A stretch of DNA of 64,000 nucleotides from an uncultured virus (IMG/VR IMGVR_UViG_3300042988_001938) (IMGVR_UViG_3300042988_001938); one strand, 5' to 3'; positions 1-12,158 are shown, counted from the first letter of the stretch. The notes: generated from the sequence alone by a model not told the origin. Translations and numbers: made by a program.

Positions 1-79
1 GCATCTTTTTGAATCTGGCTATCAACCAGAAATTAGAGGATACAATTTAAAAAAGCCAAAATTTACTGGTAGAGCCAAG

Positions 80-382
80 ATGTTTTTCTTAGTGGCAATT
101 GTATCATTTTTACTATTCTCATGTGACAACTCATGCAAGAAGCACATTGACTTCAAGTTTAAGAAAGGCGACCTGGTTCAGGTTAAGTCGTCACGCTGGG
201 CCAAGAAGGGAACAGTCATTGACCGAGAGGTTTCAGAAGATTGTGAAGCTATTTACACCGTTAGCCAGACAACTTGGATTGAGGGAAGACGATTACGAGA
301 ATTTTATGAATATGAGCTTGAAGAGGCTGGCTCAGGAATTGATGTTGATGCCAAGGATGTTCTTGAGTTGATTAAGAAGTAA
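80..382 (+). CDS. putative lipoprotein
   Basis: Hydrophobic N-terminus with LFSC lipobox-like motif. Confidence 0.55.
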   Translation: MFFLVAIVSFLLFSCDNSCKKHIDFKFKKGDLVQVKSSRWAKKGTVIDREVSEDCEAIYTVSQTTWIEGRRLREFYEYELEEAGSGIDVDAKDVLELIKK

Positions 383-386
383 TAAA

Positions 387-1001
387 GTGCTCGAATTCCA
401 AATAAAAAACGAATTATTTAATAGCCCCGTTGTCGAAATATCTGATAACGAGGGCTATCGCTATTTTGAAGGTATTTCTAAATTTGGAAAGAGAGTTGGT
501 CCAGTTAAGAGTCTTGGTGATGGACTATTTCATGAAGTTGCTCACGTAGCTGAGATTCAAGATAACTCAAGACTTCTGCAGAACAACTTCGGACTTCACA
601 TAAAGACACAAATCGTTGTCCTTGGTCAAATATTCTATGAGCCAACGACCTGGAATGCAACCAAGCTTGAGGCTAGAGTTATACTTTGGCAAAACGAGCT
701 TTGCAAGCACTTCGGAATACCATTCGACCCATTTAAGTTTGCGACATCTCTTAAGTATATGGCTGACTGCAGCAGAGTCCCTCCAATGGGATTCAAGTAT
801 GTTGAAAATTTAGGATATTTCAATGTTGATACTGGAGAGAAGCTTAACTATAACTCAATTGATGAACTTAGACATCAAACTATTGTGGAGTACATGAAAG
901 ATGAGTTATCATCTGGGAAATACACATACAACAACTTCCTTGATAAATGGACTGATGTAATCAAGTTTCTTGAGGAAGCAAAAACACAAATATTATGTTA
1001 A
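387..1001 (+). CDS. hypothetical protein with HExxH motif (possible metallopeptidase)
   Basis: FHEVAHVAE. Confidence 0.5.
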   Translation: MLEFQIKNELFNSPVVEISDNEGYRYFEGISKFGKRVGPVKSLGDGLFHEVAHVAEIQDNSRLLQNNFGLHIKTQIVVLGQIFYEPTTWNATKLEARVILWQNELCKHFGIPFDPFKFATSLKYMADCSRVPPMGFKYVENLGYFNVDTGEKLNYNSIDELRHQTIVEYMKDELSSGKYTYNNFLDKWTDVIKFLEEAKTQILC

Positions 1002-1426
1002 AGCTAGAACAAATAGCACCGTATTTACCATACGGTCTTAAGTTATTCTGGAAAGGTAGCCACCCCTCTAATCAGAATGAGAAACAAATCTCAACCTTAA
1101 ATCCTGGTTCAGGAGATTTTAATAAAATTCCTGATGTACTCAGAGGATTCAATAAGCATGCGACTGTTAAGCTAGTTCTTCGACCAATGTCTGAACTGAC
1201 CAATGATGAGTTAAGAACTGCTATGTGGTCTATTGGCCACTCATCACACATAGATTGGACCACAACTGAGAGAGAAGCTGTAATTTCTAGGTATGGTCGT
1301 AAATACTGGATTAAAGATATTCCATACGCAGTTATGGAGTACCTGTTCAAAAATCATTATGATGTATTTGGCTTGATTGACGCTGGAATTGCAGTAGATA
1401 TTAATTCTACAGAAACATTTGATTAA
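995..1426 (+). CDS. conserved Bacteroidota-phage hypothetical protein
   Basis: APYLPYGL...LRPMSEL...HYDVFGLIDAG pattern recalled from Bacteroidota phages. Confidence 0.6.
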   Translation: MLKLEQIAPYLPYGLKLFWKGSHPSNQNEKQISTLNPGSGDFNKIPDVLRGFNKHATVKLVLRPMSELTNDELRTAMWSIGHSSHIDWTTTEREAVISRYGRKYWIKDIPYAVMEYLFKNHYDVFGLIDAGIAVDINSTETFD

Positions 1427-2338
1427 TAGTCCAGTGAAACAACCATGCAACAAGAGGAGGCTAGACAAAATTCTGGCTATGCTAATTGTTGCCAACTCTA
1501 GTAAGGTAACTCAGAAAAACTTTAGCAGGAATGAGAAGCGTTGGTATTTCTGTAAAGAATGCAATTCCTATCACACAAGCAGCAAGAAATAATTTTTTTA
1601 CTTGCCAAAAAGTTTGTATATTTACAACATGAATCCAGACAAAATATACATCGTTATCGGAAGCTTCTCTAGCTGGGACTCCAAGTACACAAGAGTTTTT
1701 AGAGCATTTTACAGCAAGGAAGATGCTGAAAAATACGTAGTCAAGGCTGATAGAGTTCTAGGAGCTATGTCAAAACACATTGAGGAGGCATTTAATAGGA
1801 CAAATCCAGACTTCGATGAAGACCTATCTGGAGATGAACTATCCAAGGCTATGGACGACTACGAGGAAACTGATGAGTACAATAAAGCTCTTGCTATCTG
1901 GGGCGCACATCAAAATCTTGAGGAGTTCAACAGATGCTCTATCGAAGAGCTGAAGATAAGCTAAGTTATGACAAAGGAAGAGAAATACTTTTATAAGGAG
2001 AGAAATAGGAAATACGTGCAGAGATACGCTCCAGATATTTCATCACTTCAGGGACTGTTTATAATATTCGAGCTATATAAGATGCCAAATCAATTTCAAA
2101 TAAGCTATCTTAAAGAGCTACGCAAAGGAAATTATAATAGAGCTACAGCTAAGGAGCTAGAGAATAGAAACAAAAACAAAAACATAGGCATAGGCTTGTA
2201 GTGGAAAATATTTTCCAGAATCAGCTGGGTAGTAGAAAATATTTGAACTCATCAAGCTATTCTACTATTTTATTGGAAAAAATTTGATGTCAAAAATTCA
2301 GCAGACATTAAAAAACTCTACTTTTTAAGGCCAACACT

Positions 2339-2367
2339 TGAAACATTACCCACCAATTTCCGTATAA
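2339..2367 (+). promoter_or_regulatory. ECF-type promoter TGAAAC-N16-CGTATAA
   Basis: Exact motif directly upstream of ATG 2374. Confidence 0.75.
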
Positions 2368-2373
2368 CGTACC

Positions 2374-3156
2374 ATGAACTTATGTGAAGTCAAAATACTC
2401 GCCAGTCATAATCATAGCAGACTTTATCTTCAGACAAGAACTAGAAGAATGGTCTATGATGAGATAGAGTACGCAATATCTGAAGAGATACGGCCACAAA
2501 CTCTGTACGTCTTGCTTAGCAGGGGAATTACTGCTGATGAGAGTGTTTGGTACTTAGATGGTGGAGGTCAGCTTTCACACTCATCTGGAGTGGCTCACGA
2601 GTATGAGCAAGTTATTGTCGCAACAACAGACACTCACCTTATTGAGTCTGGAGTTCAAGAAATCCCTGCCACCATCGTCAATAAATTTCTTAAGCTTAGA
2701 AAGCTCGTTCACAAGGCTCACGTTAAATTTTTGCCTGATGGAACAGTTGATATAAGACTGGAGGAGGAAATTCATAAGGAGTTTGTAACTCACTCAATAG
2801 CTACTCGAATGAGAGCTCTTGGATTTAAAGAAAATTGTTGCGCAGAATATATAGAAATTGATGGGACATTTCAACTTAAGTTGGATTTTTGGTGTTACTT
2901 TTATCCTGTCAACCCAAATAATTTTTTAGCTCCAACATGGCAATCTGCTTTTGCCTGGTTTAGAAAATTCTATGGTTATAATTCATATATCGTAGAAGCT
3001 AAAAAGGATACTTATAGATTTCATATTGAAAAATTTGATGAGAAAAACTATATATCAGATAAGTATGATTCATATGAAGAAGCGCAAGAGAAGTGTCTTG
3101 ATAAGCTTTGTGAAATTGTAGAAAAACATAAAGAAAATGAAAACAAATCTAATTAA
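2374..3156 (+). CDS. hypothetical phage protein
   Basis: 260 aa ORF behind an ECF promoter; APTWQSAFAWFR motif. Confidence 0.75.
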   Translation: MNLCEVKILASHNHSRLYLQTRTRRMVYDEIEYAISEEIRPQTLYVLLSRGITADESVWYLDGGGQLSHSSGVAHEYEQVIVATTDTHLIESGVQEIPATIVNKFLKLRKLVHKAHVKFLPDGTVDIRLEEEIHKEFVTHSIATRMRALGFKENCCAEYIEIDGTFQLKLDFWCYFYPVNPNNFLAPTWQSAFAWFRKFYGYNSYIVEAKKDTYRFHIEKFDEKNYISDKYDSYEEAQEKCLDKLCEIVEKHKENENKSN

Positions 3157-5045
3157 CATCCTACTTGTATTGCTGATTGTTCTCACATCGGCAACAACAA
3201 CCTCTCTGATTACATATAGGCCAGCACAGCCAAAGTATGTTATTGTGAAGCACTTTGATAGCAACATAATTTCAGGTGGAAAGGACGGTGTTCAAAACAT
3301 ACCTATATTCATTAAGAAGAAGAGAAAAGAGGGTTGGATATTGAAGTCTGTTACTGGAGGAGATGGTGACAGCGGAGAAACCTGGTTCGTAGTAATGGAA
3401 AAATATTAAAATCAAGGTAAGATGAAAACAGTACTAGACTATTCTGGAGAGTCAGAGTCTCTTAAGGAGCTTGACCGCCTTATAACATCAACCTCAGCAC
3501 TTGGAGAGGGTTTTATTGAGCCTATTAGGTCAATTTTCTTCTCTTCATTTTATGTTGATAAGCCAGGGGCAAAGGAAGTGGCGAAAGAAAAGCTCAAGGC
3601 CTTTCATGAGACATTCACAAAGAAGATTCAAATATTCTCTCCAGAGTTCGTAAATACAGTTTATGCTCTTCTTGATAAGGGAATTGAGGAGCAATGCAAA
3701 ATTTATCCAATTAAAGAAAAAAATGAAAATAGTGTCAAATAAGCAGGCGGCCCAATATAGAATGGATAAGATTCTTGAGAATATTTTTAAGGATGCACAA
3801 AAATGTGCTGAAATTGGAAAAACACTGTTCTGCACATCCGTTAAAGAATTTGAAGGATTAGATGGAATTGACATAAATTGTCTTAAGGAAAGAATTAAGA
3901 GCGAGTCTGAAGGGACTCTTGAGATTAGGGGTGAAATAAATTCCTATGACAAATACATTCATCTTAAGATTGTTGAATCTTAATTGACTCTGAACAATGA
4001 GAGAAAAGGAAATACACGAGCAGTTTATAGCCGACTGTAAAAGAGATATTGAAGAAAATTCTGAGCAGGACAACCATTGCATAATCCTATACAAGTGCCG
4101 AGGCTTTTTTAATGAGAGAAAGTCTGTATACAAGGTTTACAAGAACCTTGATGAGTACATTAAAAAGGGCTGGAATGACATCGAGTCAATTGACTTATCA
4201 TATGGTGTGTCACCACAGCTCTGGTTTTTCGATTAAAATATGAGTCCAGAAGAATTTATAGAGTTTGCCTCAAGCGCAACAAAGGAGCAGCTCTTTGAGT
4301 TTGCTAACTCGCTTGAGATTGGAGCTGAGTATGACTATTACTCAAAGAGTCACTGGGGACATAACTTCGAGCCAACTGACCGTCACATTGGTGAATATGT
4401 ACATAGAGCATGTGTGTTCAGTCAAAAAGTTCTCAAGGTTGGAGATATTCTTCTTTGCAACTCATCATCTGGAAGAGTTGGGAAGTACCTTATTCTAAAT
4501 TTAGAACAAATGAGAAACCCACGAGACCAATTCTTTGTTTGGATTGTCTGCTGTGGATATAAATAATAAGTTTAGTCTCGTTATTTTTATTCTATTTATA
4601 TAGAAATAATTGTAATGGACCTAAGAGAATTTGTATCAAAGACTATACGTGAGTTTTTAAATGAAAACGAAATAGATTCACTTAAAAACTTAGCTGCTGA
4701 TAAATTCTATGGAAAAATAGAAGGTAGATTTTTAACAGACAAGCAAGCTGAAGACTTACAAAGAGAAATTGAATCCAACTACGTTAATGGCGATATGATG
4801 CAACACTTTAGTCGTGAAAAAAACGACTTAAGAATGGGTGTGTTTAATTATGAAAATCCAATTGCCGAAAAAGATTTAAACGGTGTAAATCTTAAGATTA
4901 CTCCAGGTCTCATCAGAGATAATAAGAAAACTTATTTACTATACGCTAATGGAAAAATAGTTGGTGAATTTTACTCTGTTGACGACATCAAGCTAATTAT
5001 CAGATACATGGAAAGTAATCTGGTATCCTCAGTAAAATCTATTAA

Positions 5046-5744
5046 TTAATATTGTTTGTATAGCTCAGGCTTATTCTTATCAAACTCTTCTTTCTTTTGT
5101 CTGATGTATTCATCTAGTAGCATAATTCCATCTTCTTTGTTTTCTGGGAAAATATGAGAATCTAATTTAGCTCCGATAGACTCTGCAGCACTCTTTAGCC
5201 ATTCCTTATCTTCTGTACTTCTAAACTCGAAAAATCTATACCAAAACTCCTCTCTAATACGCCTTTTTAAGTTATATCTGTATACATACTTATTTGAAAT
5301 CATTTCTGAAATATAAGCAAGAGCATCAGCATCCAAGTCAATACTAAACCTATCACTATTATACCCGTAGTATAATTCTGAAGAATGCATATTAAGCACA
5401 AGATTGAACATAGCGCCATAATTATCATTAATCAAGGATATAAACTCATTGCTATCTATTGACTCCAGAGTTTCAATCTTAATTTCTTCATTAACTTCTT
5501 TTTTGTCAATTTCACGAAATACTCTTGCCAGACAAGGAATAGATAATTTGCTTAGGTCATGCATATAAGCTGAATCTCCAGCCTTTATAATTGTGTATGC
5601 AATATCTTCAGCCTTGAGTGCAAATAAACCTCTTAGGTCTTCACTTATGAACTCTAATATTCCAACATCCTTCCATCTATTGATGATTTCTTCATCAGTA
5701 CCATTTTTGGTCCCAACTCTTCCGCTTTCAAATAATTCAGTCAT
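5046..5744 (-). CDS. hypothetical protein
   Basis: 232 aa ORF; the only long - strand gene in the left arm. Confidence 0.75.
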   Translation of the reverse strand: MTELFESGRVGTKNGTDEEIINRWKDVGILEFISEDLRGLFALKAEDIAYTIIKAGDSAYMHDLSKLSIPCLARVFREIDKKEVNEEIKIETLESIDSNEFISLINDNYGAMFNLVLNMHSSELYYGYNSDRFSIDLDADALAYISEMISNKYVYRYNLKRRIREEFWYRFFEFRSTEDKEWLKSAAESIGAKLDSHIFPENKEDGIMLLDEYIRQKKEEFDKNKPELYKQY

Positions 5745-5799
5745 ATTATAAATTTATAATATAATATATTAAAATTCAGACCAATAATAAATTAAATTC

Positions 5800-5828
5800 T
5801 GAAACATATTCTCTCATTCTGCGTATAA
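5800..5828 (+). promoter_or_regulatory. ECF-type promoter TGAAAC-N16-CGTATAA
   Basis: Upstream of ORF 5848. Confidence 0.75.
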
Positions 5829-6712
5829 TACTCAAACTCACAGAAAAATGAATAAAACCGTTGAAGAATCAACCCTCAAGGAACTAAATAATTTTCCAGG
5901 TCTTCTGGATGCCATCATAAAGTATCTTGACCAGTATTGGGACATCGAGGCAAAGCCGAAGGGATATGATAAATACTTAAAGACTTACCAGGAGCATGAC
6001 ACAGAGGACCATGAATATGAGTTCGATGGACCTCTTGATGAAAGTGCATCTTGTGATGCATTTCCTGAGAGAATCTCTATATCAAACATTGCCTACAGCG
6101 ACACCCAGCAGGGAAGAACGCCTCTTCGTGAGCTAATCGGAGCAGTATTTGCATACGGACTTAATGTCGGTGCTCAGAGAGAAAGAATTGACAAAGATAA
6201 GATGTGGGCAATTCAAAATGCTAGAGATGTTCTTCGCTACATTGCTGAAAATAAGATTTCAGCTGAGGAACTTAATAATGATGCAAAGCGTGCAATTAAA
6301 AGTCTCGATTTCAGGTATCCACTATTAAAAGAAGATAAGTAATTATGGGATTGGAAATTAAGCGAAACAAGAAAGGGCAGTACCGATTGATTTCAACTGT
6401 GTCGGGTGAGTGCTATCATCCAGACCAAAAGTGGGTTGATGAAGAGGAAGCCAAGAAAATTCTAATCTATAGCCAATTCGATAAGTTCGTTGAGAAAGTA
6501 ATTGAGATTGATATGACATTTCCAAATGGATACTTTGTCAATGACAGGTATTTCAACGATAAAGAGAATATAAGTTTCCATGAATGGTTCCTGGCTGCAC
6601 TGAAGTCAGATGACACTGACAAGATTGTCTCTGATAAGTTCGAAGAGGTATATAATAAGCTGAAGCTGGATATTAAGATACCTTGAGACAAAATATTTCT
6701 TAAAATTTTTAT

Positions 6713-8269
6713 ATGAAGAAAACATTAGAAGTAAAACCAATAGTAAGAAAATCAAAACTCGGAAACTCGTATGAAGTTACCGTGGAAGAATTGGTTAATG
6801 AGTTTAACTACATTGTTAGCAAGCATGAGGCTAAAATTGATGGAATGGTAAAGTCTGACAATGAAAAGTTTGAGTGGGATAAGGAGCCAGATATGACCAC
6901 CGATTATGGGTTAGCTAAGTACTTCGTTAAGAACTTATATATAACATTCCATGGAAATCCTTCACAGAATGGAGGAAATTTTATATTTGGAAAGGGCGAT
7001 AAAAGCGGACTAAATAATTATAAGGACATCATAAGAGATACCTTATCCTGCAGCGAATTAAGTAGAAGTTGGGGATATGGACGAAATCAACTTGGATATA
7101 AGTTCGTTGAGGAGGACCTGGAAACATCAAATAAGTTTGTTGACTATTTGATTAACTATAACATAGTTGACCTAAATGATTACATCTTAAACAACGGTGA
7201 CTATGGGAATAAAAAAGGTGAAAAACTGCAAACTTACGGTCACGCTATTTTATTGTACTTGATTAGGTCTGAAAATTATGATAGAGCTAAAGATTTCTTA
7301 AAGTATGCAGATAAAAGCTTTAAGCAAGCTGCTGCAAAAGAAATAAATAGTTTCTATTCATGGGCTGAGAGAGTTGATAGTGGGTTTGTTAAGAGACTAA
7401 GCGAACACCAGCGAGAAAGTTGGACAAATTCATTGGATATAGAAATTACAAAGTTCCTATTTTTATCTAAGTTATATCCTACAGCATTCTTGGATAATTA
7501 TGGTGATAATAGTTATAATCTCAAAGATTACGAAAAATTTAAGTATCACGACTTCAACACAACTTTAAATATTATCAGTGATGATAATGAGCTCACAATT
7601 AGAGATACCTGGAGAGAGGAGCTTAAGGATTTCTTTACAGTTAAGAAAGTTGTTCCAACTGGAACTCCTATTAGAATTAATAGAGAGCTGAATTACTTAG
7701 ACCTTGGTCAAGAAGGTAAATTGATTGTATCATACAAGTCATATGACAACGACAGAACAGAAAAGGAAAACTATCTCAACCCTCAGGTGTATGGAATCCT
7801 AGTGGAGTGCGAGGGAAAAATACATAGCTTTGGCTCAGTTATGTGGTCTCATTATGAATTTAGAAATGCTATTGGAGATTTATGTCTTGAACTAATTAAT
7901 CTGGGCTATCTTCCAATAATTAGCAACCTAGACCCATCTTGCTACGGTGGAAAGACAACCATCAAATATACAAAAAATAGTAAGGTTGCTAAGTTTATCA
8001 AAAAGTTTGAAGGTGAGAAAATAGGTGTTAAGAGAGCCTTCAACTTCAACTGGATATTAATAAAAGAGAAAGGTGGATTCTATGATGTTCTATTATCTTT
8101 CCGTGGGCACTATGTTTCTGGTAGCTATGTTCATGACTATGAGGCCAATTATGAATATGAGCCTTATCTTAATAAAAAGATAGGAACTAAGGTTAAGTGG
8201 CTTGGATATGACAGCTCTGACCACTCATATAAATACTCGCTATCTCTTAATAAGAAAACCTTTAATTGA
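6713..8269 (+). CDS. hypothetical protein (518 aa)
   Basis: Long ORF with no recognised motif. Confidence 0.85.
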   Translation: MKKTLEVKPIVRKSKLGNSYEVTVEELVNEFNYIVSKHEAKIDGMVKSDNEKFEWDKEPDMTTDYGLAKYFVKNLYITFHGNPSQNGGNFIFGKGDKSGLNNYKDIIRDTLSCSELSRSWGYGRNQLGYKFVEEDLETSNKFVDYLINYNIVDLNDYILNNGDYGNKKGEKLQTYGHAILLYLIRSENYDRAKDFLKYADKSFKQAAAKEINSFYSWAERVDSGFVKRLSEHQRESWTNSLDIEITKFLFLSKLYPTAFLDNYGDNSYNLKDYEKFKYHDFNTTLNIISDDNELTIRDTWREELKDFFTVKKVVPTGTPIRINRELNYLDLGQEGKLIVSYKSYDNDRTEKENYLNPQVYGILVECEGKIHSFGSVMWSHYEFRNAIGDLCLELINLGYLPIISNLDPSCYGGKTTIKYTKNSKVAKFIKKFEGEKIGVKRAFNFNWILIKEKGGFYDVLLSFRGHYVSGSYVHDYEANYEYEPYLNKKIGTKVKWLGYDSSDHSYKYSLSLNKKTFN

Positions 8270-9574
8270 TAAGAAATAAATTGAATGGCCATGGAGGATA
8301 ATTGGGTGGTAGATAGCATTAATAACTCCGAGGAGTTTAAAGATATTGACTCAGCTGCAGAGTTGTACGCAACATGGCACTGGGGAAACTTCCCAAGGGA
8401 AATGCTTGTTGAAGACTTTAAGGTCGCAGCTAATTGGCAGCTCAAGAGAGTATTCGACTGGCTTGAGAAGAACAATTATCTATCAGACTCCAGAGAAATT
8501 CTTCAGAAGGAATTTGAAAACCAACAATCAAGATATTAGAAAATGAAAGCAATTTTAACTGAAATAAAGATTGACTATGATGTTAAATTTTCAGAGCAAG
8601 AACTTGAGACCTTAAAAAAGTATTCACCTCAATCAAGATTTAAGACAATAGACGACTTTAGGCCTTGGCAAGGTGATGAAGAAGAAAAGATGGCTATAGC
8701 CAAGCAAAAATTTGAAGAGTATATTGTTGACGAAAGAAAAGCTCTTAAGTCAACTGATACTTTTGTTTGCGACCTTCAACTATTTATGCATGACTTCCCT
8801 CACATGAAGTTTAGCGTTATTGGAAGCAGAGAAACAATTGTTGAACCGAATAACATAGATGCAATCGCACAGCATCAACACTTTATTGATTCAATGGTTC
8901 AGGCTCAGGAGCAGAGAATGAAGACAATGATGGATTCATTTCTCAAGATGTCTGAGAATATTGTTGAGAACTTAAAAGCAGATACTCTTAATCAAAAATG
9001 CGATGTTCACATTGGAGGTGGATTATTGTTAACAGTAAATGAAACAATGCTGTTGGAAGATTCATGCACCGATAGATTGCAAAGCGAACTTAACTCTGGG
9101 TGGAGAATACTAGCAGTATGCGTTCAGCCAGATGGAAGGAGGCCTGATTATGTACTTGGTAGATTTAATCCAGACTTAAATGTTGGAGGTTCTGCAGCTA
9201 GATAATATGAAACCAAAAGAATGCGCTATATTATTTGATTCTCACTTTTGTTCAGATTATTACAGAACAAGCTCTGCAGATTCTATATTTAGAATTAGAT
9301 ACGAAGTGTCAATGTCACAAATAGACCATTGGATTAATTCACTTGAGCTAGAATTGTCTAATGATTTTACCAATGATGGTCAAAAATTTAAAAACAAACT
9401 TTTTTATCATTTAAAAAAGTTGAACTGGAAACCAACAAAAATAAAAGGAAGATGGAGCAAGATAATTTTGGTATGAAGAAAAATTATAATTTTTTTTTGC
9501 CTAAAATTTACCCTTTTAGGTAACGCCTAAAAAAAGTTAATTTGGCTTATTGATATTCTAGTTTTTATTTCTTA

Positions 9575-9870
9575 TTTAGAGTTATAACGAGGAGAATTAC
9601 CTCAACTCTAAAATGGAATAGACACTGAATGGACCATTAACTCAGTGCCAAATTGGAGAGCCTCACACACTCCTGTGATGAGGAGAACGGGTTAAGGCCG
9701 CAAAGATTTTCTGTATATTCTTTTTTATGAGAGGCACCTGAGCATGTGCATAAACTGATGAGCAGGGGTTTTCAAAGGGGTTCCCAGCCAAGCCGATGGA
9801 TTGATAGCACTCAAGCGATAAGCAAGAGATTAAAAAAGGGGTTTGGGGTTTTAGAACCTCAAACTTTCCT
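9575..9870 (+). ncRNA. putative structured ncRNA upstream of the HNH gene
   Basis: GC-richer ORF-free stretch with successive hairpins (TTTAGAGTT/AACTCTAAA, CACTGA/TCAGTG, CCTCA/TGAGG) and a terminal hairpin at 9838-9868; strand is inferred. Confidence 0.4.
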
Positions 9871-9980
9871 GCATCTAATCTCCAAGCAATGATTAATATT
9901 CATACACATAATTTGTTATTAAAATATTTTTTACTATTTTATAAAAGGGATTTTTTGAATCTTTGATAAAAATAGTTAAT

Positions 9981-10586
9981 ATGTATAAAGACAAAGAAAA
10001 GGAAAAAGAAGTAAAAAGAAATTGGTATCAGAATAATAAGGAAAAGGTAATAGAAAAGGCGAAGGAATATTATCAAGAAAATAAAGATAAGATTAAAGAA
10101 AAGGCTAAAAATAACTCTAAAGAATGGAAAGCTAATAATAGAGATAAGGTGTTAGCTCAAAAAAAAAGATACAGAGAAAAAAATAAAGATAAAATAAAGG
10201 CTTACTCTAAATCTTATAATAAGTCTTATCATAAAAATAAAAAATCTACTGACCTACTGTATTCTCTTAAGTGTAAAATATCAAAAATAATTCTTAAAAG
10301 CCTCCAAAAACAAGGATACACAAAGAGGTCACGGTCATATGAAATTTTAGGATGTTATTGGGAGGAATTTAAGCTGCATCTCGAATCTAAATTTGAGCCC
10401 TGGATGAGCTGGGAAAACAGAGGTTTGTTTAATGGAGAAAAGAATTATGGATGGGATATAGACCACATAATCCCACTTAGCTCTGCTACTTCTGAAGAAG
10501 ATATTATTAAGTTAAATCACTACACAAACCTTCAACCACTTTGTGGAGTTGTTAATAGATTTGAAAAAAAAGATAATATTCTTTAA
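9981..10586 (+). CDS. HNH endonuclease-like protein
   Basis: Basic helical repeats followed by WDIDHIIPLS...HYTNLQPLC. Confidence 0.75.
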   Translation: MYKDKEKEKEVKRNWYQNNKEKVIEKAKEYYQENKDKIKEKAKNNSKEWKANNRDKVLAQKKRYREKNKDKIKAYSKSYNKSYHKNKKSTDLLYSLKCKISKIILKSLQKQGYTKRSRSYEILGCYWEEFKLHLESKFEPWMSWENRGLFNGEKNYGWDIDHIIPLSSATSEEDIIKLNHYTNLQPLCGVVNRFEKKDNIL

Positions 10587-10688
10587 TTCTCTTGAGCCTT
10601 TGCTCTTAGTAATGATAAAAAATGAGTCATTAGAAATATTTGCACAATAATAATTATTATAGTAAATTTGTCCTATATTTAAAAAACT

Positions 10689-11261
10689 ATGGACATAAAA
10701 AGAAACAAGTCAGAAGTAACTTGGATAACAATTTGGCTCTCCTTATCTTTAATCTGGATTTCATTCCTTGTATATCTTTCAGCAACTTACGGTCTAACCT
10801 GGTCTAAGGATACATTAGCAATTGCACTTTTAAGCAACATACCAACAGCAATATTTCTAGCTGGCTTATTCACCATGCTAAAGAGCAAGGTCTACATTAG
10901 AACCATTGAATTTTATATCCACAAGTACGATAGATGGAACTATAAGGATAGCAAGTACGAAACTCTCTATATTACCGAGCGAGTTGACCTATACCAAAAT
11001 TTCATTTACTATAAGAACACAGGAACGTCAACAAATAAGTGGTCTCCACTTGAACTTGAAAAACATTGCAATAGTCTACCAAGAGACTATGATGACTTTA
11101 TTGGATACAATACACAAGAAGAAGCTATGAAGAGGATTTTAGAAACAGTTAAGAATATCATAAAGGATGAAAAAGCAGAGGTCAACATTAAAGTTAAGAA
11201 TGTTGGAACTGTAGAAATTTTTACAATCGAAGAACTTAAGAAAATGATTGAAAATGAATAG
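10689..11261 (+). CDS. membrane protein (2 TM)
   Basis: Two hydrophobic N-terminal segments. Confidence 0.7.
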   Translation: MDIKRNKSEVTWITIWLSLSLIWISFLVYLSATYGLTWSKDTLAIALLSNIPTAIFLAGLFTMLKSKVYIRTIEFYIHKYDRWNYKDSKYETLYITERVDLYQNFIYYKNTGTSTNKWSPLELEKHCNSLPRDYDDFIGYNTQEEAMKRILETVKNIIKDEKAEVNIKVKNVGTVEIFTIEELKKMIENE

Positions 11262-11508
11262 GATTACAGAAATATTTCAGTCAATCACTAAAAGCGTTCT
11301 TGCTGAGAAGATGGGTATGACAAATACCACCTTCAATAAGAAACTAAAAAAAGATTCTTTTGCTGATGAAGAGATGATTTAGCTTAAGCGAATTCTGAAT
11401 GAAATGAGTTCGGACATTGATTCTATTGCTGGGATTGATTTTAATGATGCCCTTAAATTTTTGGTACCATTAAAAACACAGATAAGTTTATCTACATTGA
11501 TGGTGTAA
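11254..11508 (+). pseudogene. HTH-like gene interrupted by in-frame TAG (pseudogene or amber read-through)
   Basis: MNRITEIFQSITKSVLAEKMGMTNTTFNKKLKKDSFADEEMI*LKRILNEMSSD...; TAG at 11380-11382, frame stays open to TAA 11508. Confidence 0.55.
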
Positions 11509-11543
11509 AATATTAAAATAAGTTATAAATATTAAAGAAAAAT

Positions 11544-12158
11544 ATGGGATTTTTATTAAATAATTGGGTTTTATTAAGTGTGTTATTATCAATTTTCGTT
11601 TATGGATGGATAACAAACATTATTAAATTAAGAAGGAAACAAGAGGATATTAAATTTATCGAATCATTTAAAAATGACTTTGTTAAATTAATAAACGCAT
11701 TTTCTAAAAAGAAGAAAATAAATGATGTGTTATACAACGATTTGATTGATAAGACTATCAAACTCGATAATATAGCTGGAGACTATACTGTCATTGATTT
11801 AATTTCTAAAATTGATAATTTGAAATATAATAATTTTAGAGTATCTCTTCAGATATTGCCAAGAATTAAAACTTTTGACCTAACTAATCCATATCATTTG
11901 GCTGAGTTGGAGAAATTATCTAATTTTTTTTATGATGGTCTTGGTCTTTGTGTTGGTTCTATTAAAGAGGATATTGTTAATTTGAGAAAAGATAGATTTA
12001 ACCTTATTAAGATATTCTCTAAACCAATAACATTTTTAGTAAGTACGCTTAATTCTTTATTAGGTTTTTCTTTTATAGAAAAGAAATTACATCCTATTTC
12101 TACTATTTTAAGTATAATAGCTTATTCTATGGTTATATACTTTTATTCAACACATTAA
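11544..12158 (+). CDS. membrane protein, very AT-rich
   Basis: N- and C-terminal hydrophobic segments. Confidence 0.7.
   Translation: MGFLLNNWVLLSVLLSIFVYGWITNIIKLRRKQEDIKFIESFKNDFVKLINAFSKKKKINDVLYNDLIDKTIKLDNIAGDYTVIDLISKIDNLKYNNFRVSLQILPRIKTFDLTNPYHLAELEKLSNFFYDGLGLCVGSIKEDIVNLRKDRFNLIKIFSKPITFLVSTLNSLLGFSFIEKKLHPISTILSIIAYSMVIYFYSTH

Larger units (their letters stand above)
1629..9476 (+). other. Block of tightly packed small hypothetical phage genes (1629-1964, 1968-2201, 3137-3409, 3422-3742, 3723-3983, 3997-4236, 4240-4566, 4615-5049, 5848-6342, 6345-6686, 8285-8539, 8543-9205, 9207-9476)
   Basis: Co-oriented ORFs with abutting or overlapping start/stop codons. Confidence 0.7.

Noticed and set aside
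9755..9763. CTGATGAG hammerhead ribozyme core
   Set aside because: No matching GAAA element or flanking stems found.
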